From a virus (taxonomy: Duplodnaviria; Caudoviricetes), in IMG/VR virus record IMGVR_UViG_3300030376_002673, positions 1 through 31,411 of that record: DNA of 31,411 bases. One strand, given 5' to 3'. Below the pieces are notes generated by a model. That model made no database searches, was not told the DNA's origin, and was given only the letters and a program-made list of their open reading frames with translations. The position numbers were made by a program, and so were the translations under genes. Of this stretch, positions 25,025 through 31,411 are shown piece by piece (within the stretch, counting starts at the first letter, position 1; every line of letters begins with the position of its first letter).

Positions 25025-25461
25025 GAACCAACGAGGCTGGCCTAAACCTCATTAAGCATTACGAGGGCCGAAAACTCACAAGTTATTTATGCCCGGCCCA
25101 AGTCTGGACGGTGGGCTATGGGGCCATCCGATATTTTGACGGGGAGCCCGTCCCTCCCAATGTAACTATTACGGAACAACAAGCGGATGATCTACTCCGC
25201 CGCGATCTGATCGATACAGAAGACTTTGTATCCCGCCTTGTTCGTGTCCCTCTGACAGAGAACCAATTCTCCGCAACCGTCTCGCTAGTATTCAATATTG
25301 GTGCGGGTAACTTCCAACGCTCTCAAATCCGCCAGAGGGTCAATCGCAAGGACTACGATGGTGCCGCATCGATCTGGTGGCAATGGAGGAGAGGCGGGGG
25401 TCGCATACTCCCAGGATTGGTCAAACGGCGCGAAAGTGAGCGCCAGCTATGGATGACGTAG
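25021..25461 (+). CDS. Endolysin, GH24 phage lysozyme
   Basis: ATG 25021; HYEG...YLCPAQVWTVGYG (E-C-T triad variant), LTENQFSA, FNIG.GNF, LPGLVKRR..E. Confidence 0.93.
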   Translation: MRTNEAGLNLIKHYEGRKLTSYLCPAQVWTVGYGAIRYFDGEPVPPNVTITEQQADDLLRRDLIDTEDFVSRLVRVPLTENQFSATVSLVFNIGAGNFQRSQIRQRVNRKDYDGAASIWWQWRRGGGRILPGLVKRRESERQLWMT

Positions 25462-26108
25462 AGGCGTGGAAAGCGTACCCAGATCACCATTGGCTATTTA
25501 ATAAGCTACAGGTGGCCGAGAAGCTGGGATACGAATGTGGACCGGCCTGTGTCCCCGTAGAGCGGCCTCTGAGAGCCGTGATACGCCCCATATATAATTT
25601 GTATGGGATGAGCCTTGGAGCCAAGGTTAAATGGCTTAATCCAAAACGCGACAACCCCCTTATAGAAGAGAACGGCATCATTCCGCCCGGTTACTTTTGG
25701 TGCGAGTATCTGGACGGGCCGCACGTCTCTGTAGACTACCATAAGCTCCCCAATGGTCGATGGGAGCCCTATCACGCAATGCTAGGAATCATAGAGGATC
25801 AAAACCTCCGCAAGTTTAAAAGCTGGGAGCGCATAGAGGTTCCCTATGAGGTTGAAAAGCTACCCGCATGGATACCCCGTAATGTACGCGATCTAAATGT
25901 AGAATGGCGTGGAGACAATATAATAGAGATACACCTACGCACTGGGAATGATCCCTTACACGGTAGCCCAATTGGAGAGAAGCTGATCCCGATCTTCCGG
26001 GGTGATGACGTACCGGAGGGTGAATTTGTCTCTAACGAGCAAGCAACCGACTATGATGCCAGCGGTCATATAGAGGAGGTGAGAGAGGGCTATATTCGGT
26101 GCAGGTGA
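25449..26108 (+). CDS. ATP-grasp-fold protein
   Basis: FNK..., IRPIYNLYGMSLGA, WCEYLDGPHVSVDY, NVE..., IIEIHLR follow the ATP-grasp motif order. Confidence 0.65.
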   Translation: MDDVEAWKAYPDHHWLFNKLQVAEKLGYECGPACVPVERPLRAVIRPIYNLYGMSLGAKVKWLNPKRDNPLIEENGIIPPGYFWCEYLDGPHVSVDYHKLPNGRWEPYHAMLGIIEDQNLRKFKSWERIEVPYEVEKLPAWIPRNVRDLNVEWRGDNIIEIHLRTGNDPLHGSPIGEKLIPIFRGDDVPEGEFVSNEQATDYDASGHIEEVREGYIRCR

Positions 26109-26129
26109 TAATGTTGCGGATCGAACAAC

Positions 26130-26330
26130 AATAACCCCTTGAAAATAGTTCGGGAGAGCAAACGGAAAGCTACGGAACTCTGCGGAACAAGTTGTCCCGA
26201 AACATTTCTGTAAGTCATTGATATCATTGAATTGTTGCGGTCCCGTAGGGGTCACCACCCACCTTGTAAGCTATTGATTTTATTGAGATAAAACGAAAGT
26301 TCGGGAGGATTTCCAAAAAGTTCGGGAGCC
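26130..26330. other. attP: tRNA-3'-end core with arm-type repeats and IHF-like sites
   Basis: Core GTCCCGTAGGGGTCACCA (26240-26257); AGTTCGGGAG at 26147, 26298, 26319 plus inverted variant at 26195; IHF-consensus-like TAAnnnnTTGAW at 26132, 26211, 26267; abuts the int 3' end. Confidence 0.85.
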
Positions 26331-26336
26331 TTTGTT

Positions 26337-27365
26337 CTATTTCTGCCCCTGCTCAACCTTGCGAATTGCGCTGTCTGCTAGGTGCTTTTGTTCGGCTTTT
26401 GCAATGTAAATTTGGACATCTTGCAAACTTTTCCACCCTCCAACTGCCATAATTTCTTTTGATGTTGCACCAGCTTCCGCCAAAGCGGTAGCACAAGCCT
26501 TTCTCAGCCCGTGCGCTGTACAGTGCGGTAAATTGGCTTTGTCGCAACATTCTCTAAAAAAATTACCAAACCCATCCGCCGAGTAGGGCTTCCCGTGCTT
26601 TGTTAAAAGCAGTGTAAGCTCGCCACCATAGGGTATGTTTTCTTGCAGTTCCGTTGTCAGCGGTATCTCTAAAATAGTTTTTGTTTTTTTCTGTCTAAGC
26701 ATTACACGATTATTTTTTATGTGTTGTCTTCCAATTGAAATAACATCACTGCGCCGCTGACCTAAGTTTAAGAGAATTTCCATTGCAAGCCGTTGTTTTG
26801 TTCCTACCGGGTAACACCTTCGATATTGTTCGACCTCTTCCATTGTCCATGTATGAAAACCGTCAGGATTGTTTGTCGGTAATTTTTTTACGGCTTTCAC
26901 GGGGTTGTGATTTACCAAGTCATTTTCTATTGCGTATTCAAAAACCGCTGAAATCGCTTTTTTAAGATTATTCCACGCATGGGGAGTTTCTAAGTCTGCC
27001 CCCGCAACCTTATCCCTTATTGCTCTAAGGTTTCGCGGTTCTAGTTTTGCGTACGGTTTTTCGCCGTAGTCACCACAAAATTTATCAAGCAGTCCGATGC
27101 GGCGGCTCCGTGAGTCTTTCGATTTTAACTTAGTGCGAAATTCCGTAGAGGCTTTGTATTGCTCACAAAGCCAAGCCATTGAATCCTTATGGTCACACCC
27201 CGCTATCTGACCATTGGCAGAATTATAGTCTTCCCAAAATTCTTCAGAACCGATTGGGCCGCGCAACTTAATGCGCTTGCATCTATTTTTGCGGAAGTAA
27301 AAATATTCTTTACCTTTTTTCACTTCCCGCTGAACATATTTGATATTAAACTTCATCCCACTCAT
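26337..27365 (-). CDS. int: Tyrosine integrase
   Basis: GQRRSD (R), QKKT (K), HGLRK (HxxR), GGW, QIY (Y); N-terminal YFYFR arm-binding domain. Confidence 0.95.
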   Translation of the reverse strand: MSGMKFNIKYVQREVKKGKEYFYFRKNRCKRIKLRGPIGSEEFWEDYNSANGQIAGCDHKDSMAWLCEQYKASTEFRTKLKSKDSRSRRIGLLDKFCGDYGEKPYAKLEPRNLRAIRDKVAGADLETPHAWNNLKKAISAVFEYAIENDLVNHNPVKAVKKLPTNNPDGFHTWTMEEVEQYRRCYPVGTKQRLAMEILLNLGQRRSDVISIGRQHIKNNRVMLRQKKTKTILEIPLTTELQENIPYGGELTLLLTKHGKPYSADGFGNFFRECCDKANLPHCTAHGLRKACATALAEAGATSKEIMAVGGWKSLQDVQIYIAKAEQKHLADSAIRKVEQGQK

Positions 27366-27546
27366 TCTTACCGTCTACGGGCAAATTATCAAAGCTCATT
27401 TCTATTTCCCGCCGATCCCATAATTTTCGTGATCCAATTACTTTGGGCCGGGGCATCATGCCATCAGAGACAAGCTCATCAAATTTAGTTGAGCCAATGC
27501 CAACATACTCAGCGGCTTGCGTCCTACTTAATCCAAGCGGTGTCAT
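27346..27546 (-). CDS. xis: Excisionase / AlpA-like HTH
   Basis: GLSRTQAAEYVGIGSTKFDELV..G.MPRPK.IG.RKLWD; immediately upstream of int. Confidence 0.82.
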   Translation of the reverse strand: MTPLGLSRTQAAEYVGIGSTKFDELVSDGMMPRPKVIGSRKLWDRREIEMSFDNLPVDGKNEWDEV

Positions 27547-28043
27547 GCGGCCCTCGCGTAAAATTCTGTTTGTCGTTGATGGTCTTTATTAAAGAGATAC
27601 CAAGCACAATTTTCATATCCTGATATGCCGTTCCGCATCCAGCTTACCCGGCCCACAGACACAATCCTTTGACAACGTGCCATGTGCGGGGCCATGCGCT
27701 TGTTGTGTGCTAGATCGGCGTTTAACAGGAGCCAAGTGGGAGCCATGTCAGATAGGTGCGTTATGAGCGGGTCTAACGTCTTCCACGTCCACGGAGGATT
27801 GGTGATAAATACCTCCGCAAACGTGCTTTTAATATCGAACACATCCTGGCCCGTTATGATGTCGCTGGCCGAAACGCATTTATGCCCAGCCGCCTCAAGG
27901 TGTTTCACTAAATCAAAAGCTCCGCAACAGGGCTCATCAAATAGCATCTTGCCTAACAAATGCGGGAGGAGCGGATCGACGGCCTCTTTTGGTGTCGGGT
28001 AAAAATCGCGATGGCGGCGGGGAAGGTTAGTCCGTTTGCCCAT
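27543..28043 (-). CDS. Small orphan amino-DNA methyltransferase (N6-A/N4-C, NPPW)
   Basis: DFYPTP, EPCCGA (SAM-binding), ITNPPW catalytic motif. Confidence 0.8.
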   Translation of the reverse strand: MGKRTNLPRRHRDFYPTPKEAVDPLLPHLLGKMLFDEPCCGAFDLVKHLEAAGHKCVSASDIITGQDVFDIKSTFAEVFITNPPWTWKTLDPLITHLSDMAPTWLLLNADLAHNKRMAPHMARCQRIVSVGRVSWMRNGISGYENCAWYLFNKDHQRQTEFYARAA

Positions 28044-28264
28044 CAATCAATAACACACAAGTATTCGCCAACGGTGGCTTTGTTTTGATAAAACGACTCA
28101 ACGTATTTTTTTAAATCAGGTGTATTTTCATCAATATGCTCAAAGCACTCTTTTTGGCTTTCAAACGTCAGTGGCTTGCCATCAAGGTGGGAGATTTTGA
28201 AATGTTTGTCGGTGCTGTCGGACGGGTCTATCCAGAACAATGAAATCACAATGATCCACATCAT
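28043..28264 (-). CDS. Hypothetical protein with hydrophobic N-terminus and two Cys
   Basis: ATG 28264 (MMWIIVISLFW) after GAGG/GGAG; coupled at both ends; shorter than the track ORF. Confidence 0.6.
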   Translation of the reverse strand: MMWIIVISLFWIDPSDSTDKHFKISHLDGKPLTFESQKECFEHIDENTPDLKKYVESFYQNKATVGEYLCVID

Positions 28265-28362
28265 TTTTGCTCCCGCCTCAAAAATAAATACCAGCCCACC
28301 AATATCCCAATCGATACCGCCACCATGACGGCCCCGCCAATGGATAAAATGAGAAAATACAT
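28261..28362 (-). CDS. 33-aa membrane peptide (MYFLILSIGGAVMVAVSIGILVGWYLFLRREQK), not in ORF track
   Basis: TGATG overlap upstream and ATGA overlap downstream; single TM helix. Confidence 0.6.
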   Translation of the reverse strand: MYFLILSIGGAVMVAVSIGILVGWYLFLRREQK

Positions 28363-28550
28363 CACAGAGCCCCGACGAGTTCACGCAACAGCTTTTTGAT
28401 CTGACTCTGAGTCAGAGTCTCCATAACAATCAGCTTGTTGTCCTTGTGAACAGATAACCACGCCCCGTCCTCCAACCTCCCGGCTGAGATGTAAGTGGAC
28501 TCTTTCAATCCAATGGTCACCGTTTTTGAGGAGGTTGTCTGTGTGTTCAT
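28362..28550 (-). CDS. Hypothetical protein
   Basis: 62 aa within the tightly packed leftward operon. Confidence 0.6.
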   Translation of the reverse strand: MNTQTTSSKTVTIGLKESTYISAGRLEDGAWLSVHKDNKLIVMETLTQSQIKKLLRELVGAL

Positions 28551-28556
28551 CCGTGA

Positions 28557-28775
28557 TCATGCCATTCTCACTCGGTCGAGGCCGTCAAGCATGGCATCCC
28601 CGGCCCCGGTAATTTTCTTCCGGGTCCAAGTTACAGGAGCAAAATTCACCTTAATTGATTGCAATCCCTTTTCGATTGAACCGATAAGTAGGAAGGCCGC
28701 GCCCAATCCAAATAGGGCAACGCCTCCAATGCCGATCAACATAAACAGTCCGGCCTGAATAATTACATCTTTCAT
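28557..28775 (-). CDS. Hypothetical single-TM protein
   Basis: 72 aa, ATGA-coupled. Confidence 0.6.
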   Translation of the reverse strand: MKDVIIQAGLFMLIGIGGVALFGLGAAFLLIGSIEKGLQSIKVNFAPVTWTRKKITGAGDAMLDGLDRVRMA

Positions 28776-29101
28776 CTGATCTGCATCTCCGCTTTGTTAT
28801 ATGATAATTCGCTTCGTTTCATGTCGATCCATACCCTGTAAACGTCATAGTTAACCTTCGCCGCCAGCGCCTTCAGACGGCTATCTGCCAGCCGCTGGAG
28901 GTGGTCCTGATACTCATCTGACCCTCTGGCATAACGATCCTTTGCCGCCTCGCTTCCCTCCGCCTCGCCCGCAATTTTGGACAGGATTGACTTAGTAGAT
29001 TCATCAAAGGCCCGGTACTGGCTATCAGCGGATGCCCACGCCTGACCGCGCTTTGATAATTCAGCCGCTACCTTGTCCGGGTCAAAATTCATTCTGATCA
29101 A
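28772..29101 (-). CDS. Helical phage protein of the recombination operon
   Basis: All-helical pattern (WASAD...ARGSDEY..HL); start may be ATG 29092. Confidence 0.65.
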   Translation of the reverse strand: MIRMNFDPDKVAAELSKRGQAWASADSQYRAFDESTKSILSKIAGEAEGSEAAKDRYARGSDEYQDHLQRLADSRLKALAAKVNYDVYRVWIDMKRSELSYNKAEMQIR

Positions 29102-29453
29102 CGCTCCAAATTATTTTTTCTCCAACGTCGATAGCCTGGAGGCCGTCATACTTTTGATAGGTCTGAGAGAGCAGGGCTCCAATCTCAATAGGGTCCACTC
29201 CAAGTTCTTCCCACCACTCACGCTCTCCGTGGTTATGCTGGGCATCAGGTCCAAGGGTGTGATGGTTGGGGCAGAGAGGCACGATCCTATCGTGTGGCGG
29301 CTTCATGCCCCAACCAGCTACACTTCCCCCTTGTGAATACCTAACGTGAGCGCATTGCACTCCGTGCGTCTGTATGCCTTTTGAAGCACAGGCGAGGCAG
29401 GGAAGTTGCGCTATGTAATCGCGTCGATATTTTGTTTCTTCGTGTTTGGTCAT
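29082..29453 (-). CDS. DUF968-like HNH/Zn-finger putative nuclease
   Basis: LPCLAC...AHVR...GMKP...VPLC..HH...QH..GE..WW. Confidence 0.78.
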   Translation of the reverse strand: MTKHEETKYRRDYIAQLPCLACASKGIQTHGVQCAHVRYSQGGSVAGWGMKPPHDRIVPLCPNHHTLGPDAQHNHGEREWWEELGVDPIEIGALLSQTYQKYDGLQAIDVGEKIIWSVDQNEF

Positions 29454-29534
29454 CGTAAACTCTTTTGTGACTGGAGCGAGGCCAATGTCTCAATAGCCCC
29501 CACCCCGCTCCAGCCTTTTGAGGAGAGAAGGGGG

Positions 29535-29960
29535 CTAAAACGGCATCTCATCATCAAGATCGTCAAAGGGTTCCGGTGGTGCGTGATTGTGTCCCACGCT
29601 TTCCCGGTTTTCTGGTTTGCTGTCGAGAAATTGCAACTCGCCCCGGAAACGGTTCAGTACAACTTCCGTTGTGTACTTTTCAACGCCGTCATTCCCGGCC
29701 CATTTGCGAGTTTGAATTTGGCCCTCAATATAGACCTTGGAACCCTTTTTCAGATACTTCTCTGCAACGTCTGCCAGCCGGTCATTAAAAATGACAACCC
29801 GGTGCCATTCTGTTTTCTCTTTCTCTTGACCGCTCTTGTCCTTCCATTTTTCGGATGTTGCCAAGGACATATTGACAATTTTATTGCCGTCATTTGAGCG
29901 GCGGACTTCGGGATCACGGCCAAGGTTACCGACCAAAATGACCTTATTTATTGAAGCCAT
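29535..29960 (-). CDS. ssb: Single-stranded DNA-binding protein
   Basis: [15 protein letters not shown]...TEWHRVV...KGSKVYIEG...TRKW; acidic tail DDLDDEMPF. Confidence 0.97.
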   Translation of the reverse strand: MASINKVILVGNLGRDPEVRRSNDGNKIVNMSLATSEKWKDKSGQEKEKTEWHRVVIFNDRLADVAEKYLKKGSKVYIEGQIQTRKWAGNDGVEKYTTEVVLNRFRGELQFLDSKPENRESVGHNHAPPEPFDDLDDEMPF

Positions 29961-30729
29961 TACCGTTCTCCTTTTTTAATTCCGCCTCACGGGCTTTAAA
30001 TGCTTGGTAAAGGCCAAGCCAGTCGTTCAACTCATGTGAAGCGTCTGGCTCATGGTCATAATGATGAGGAAGGTCAGCCTTTAGTTGCGTAATAACCTTC
30101 GATGTATCCTTGTGGTTACGGAGGGCTATCACGCTATCCATGTCCTGACAGTCTTGAATGTCCCGTGCGATGTCGCGCCTCTTTGCAATGAGTTCTGTCT
30201 TTGCCAGGGGGCCAACCCATGAATTGTCTTTGCTGGTTTTCTCAGGAAAAATTTCAACGCCGTTCTCATCATACGGAACGTCATTGACCGACATCTTGAC
30301 GGGCTCCTGTACTAGTAAATCTTCCCCGGCGTAGATGTAATGTCCAAGACCCAAGTAACCCAACGCCTTTGTAAGACACCGTTGAAGGGCAGTGTTTACT
30401 TGGAAGGCATTGGGAGCTTGAACGGCTTTGTTCCCGTTGCCCAGGACTGGGTAGGTCTCTGTGGCGGTCTGGTCACCTACGTTTACCGTAACCAATACGA
30501 AGGCATAGCCCTGCGCGTCAGTGGCGTAGGGAAGCCGGTTACCCGGCTCCCCGTGCCAATGTTTTTCAAAACTCGCATCTGGGTAGTGACTTTTTACAAG
30601 ACCCCATGCCCACGCCCAAGACAAATAACTAAGGTTGCCTTTCTTCTCAATTTTGTCAGAGCAATCTTGCGAGGACAGAGTGTTCCAAACGCTTTTGTGT
30701 TCTTGGATTGTATCGACTATCGCGTCCAT
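29944..30729 (-). CDS. Single-strand annealing protein, Sak3/DUF1071 (Rad52-like)
   Basis: [22 protein letters not shown]; [13 protein letters not shown]...[11 protein letters not shown]; adjacent to ssb. Confidence 0.85.
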   Translation of the reverse strand: MDAIVDTIQEHKSVWNTLSSQDCSDKIEKKGNLSYLSWAWAWGLVKSHYPDASFEKHWHGEPGNRLPYATDAQGYAFVLVTVNVGDQTATETYPVLGNGNKAVQAPNAFQVNTALQRCLTKALGYLGLGHYIYAGEDLLVQEPVKMSVNDVPYDENGVEIFPEKTSKDNSWVGPLAKTELIAKRRDIARDIQDCQDMDSVIALRNHKDTSKVITQLKADLPHHYDHEPDASHELNDWLGLYQAFKAREAELKKENGNGFNK

Positions 30730-31016
30730 TACACCGCCTCCGCGTAATCGATGTAATTGGCCTGATAATCGTTCCAGGACTCCAACACATTAATATGGTC
30801 CGGGCCTCTCAACCATTCCAACGCAAGCCTTGAAATAGACTGGTCCGCATCAACCCAGTCGAGTTTCCGTCCTAGTTCATCCCGTGCGCCATAGGGCTCG
30901 ACCTGGATGTTGTCAGCCTCAATCTGACCATGATGAATGTTGATAATGCACTTGCAGTCGTATTCAGCGATGCAGTGCTCGTTTGACCTTAGTTCGGCTG
31001 TAAACTTGTATTCCAT
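30729..31016 (-). CDS. Hypothetical acidic protein, first gene of the leftward operon
   Basis: GGAGAG RBS, TAATG-coupled to the annealase. Confidence 0.7.
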   Translation of the reverse strand: MEYKFTAELRSNEHCIAEYDCKCIINIHHGQIEADNIQVEPYGARDELGRKLDWVDADQSISRLALEWLRGPDHINVLESWNDYQANYIDYAEAV

Positions 31017-31044
31017 TTTGTCTCTCCATCAAAGTTGAGTGGAG

Positions 31045-31086
31045 AGATTAACATAAATGTTTATTTTAATGCAACCAAAATGTTTA
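31045..31086 (-). promoter_or_regulatory. Leftward early promoter (PL-like) with two operator-like palindromes
   Basis: Minus strand TTGCAT-18 nt-TAATCT with TGn extension; AACAT-AA-ATGTT (31050-31061) and AACCA-AA-ATGTT (31073-31084). Confidence 0.65.
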
Positions 31087-31103
31087 AATTATAAGGTGCA
31101 AAT

Positions 31104-31235
31104 TTACTCTGGTATATAAATTGCCGCGACTTTGTAAGTTTCGCCAGCATCGTCAAATTCTTCAGAATCGTCTTTTTCCAAAATTATTTGGACTGATATT
31201 TCCAACCATTCCTCTGTGTTTATGCAAAAGTTCAT
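31104..31235 (-). CDS. Small acidic ORF (43 aa, MNFCINTEEWLE...), not in ORF track
   Basis: GGAG RBS then ATG 31235; lies in an AT-rich region. Confidence 0.45.
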   Translation of the reverse strand: MNFCINTEEWLEISVQIILEKDDSEEFDDAGETYKVAAIYIPE

Positions 31236-31340
31236 TTTTTTCTCCAACGCTACGCGATGCTAATTGGAAAAATTTTACCGATCTAAAAATAAAAAAACAG
31301 TGACAATATTGGTAACCATTTTTGTCATACATATTAACGA

Positions 31341-31409
31341 TTACACATATTGATGAAAATCAAAGTCGAGCTGCCTGTCGTCAGTTTTTTCCAACACGGC
31401 GTTAAATCG
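31341..31409 (-). CDS. 3' end of a gene entering from beyond the window (immunity-region gene?)
   Basis: Open frame RFNAVLEKTDDRQLDFDFHQYV*; identity not determinable. Confidence 0.3.
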   Translation of the reverse strand, partial: RFNAVLEKTDDRQLDFDFHQYV

Positions 31410-31411
31410 TT

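Larger units (their letters stand above)
1..31411. mobile_element. Temperate P22-like podovirus genome (partial; unintegrated form), probable alphaproteobacterial host
   Basis: Continuous phage gene order (replication, terS/terL, portal, scaffold, coat, tail, lysis, attP, int, xis, recombination); attP intact with phage genes on both sides; SSB and DUF1376/DnaA-CTD genes look alphaproteobacterial. Confidence 0.93.

Noticed and set aside
26240-26257. tRNA gene
   Set aside because: Only the 3' 17-18 nt are present; no D-arm or anticodon arm upstream, so it is an att core, not a gene
26147-26328. AGTTCGGGAG repeats as a mini-CRISPR
   Set aside because: Only 10 bp, irregular spacing, flank the att core; integrase arm sites explain them
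29471-29513. Inverted repeat CTGGAGCG/CGCTCCAG downstream of ssb as a terminator
   Set aside because: Long loop and no convincing U-tract on the coding strand; could be a structured leader but unsupported
29406-30747. Plus-strand ORFs 29406-29897 and 30340-30747
   Set aside because: Antisense shadows of ssb and the annealase

Overview
The whole window reads as most of one temperate, P22-like (podovirus) phage genome, probably infecting an alphaproteobacterium; no host genes are visible. Plus strand, in order: the end of the replication module (DnaA-CTD-like HTH, YdaU/DUF1376 initiator), a C5 DNA methyltransferase, a self-contained cassette of small genes, a late promoter/terminator, terminase, P22-type portal/scaffold/coat, adaptor/nozzle, several probable ejection proteins, tail fibre, lysis genes and an ATP-grasp gene. 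An intact attP follows, whose core matches a tRNA 3' end. The leftward early operon carries integrase, xis, an amino-MTase, DUF968, SSB and a Sak3-like annealase. The immunity region is cut off by the window ends. Three oddities stand out. (1) The C5-MTase has its TRD and motif IX in an overlapping +1 frame (EcoHK31I-like two-chain design). (2) A candidate virion-delivered effector sits in the tail genes with a convergent, leaderless, immunity-like gene. (3) An Acr/Aca-like small-gene cassette with palindromic operators lies just upstream of terS. All family assignments are from motif recognition by eye; no searches were run.
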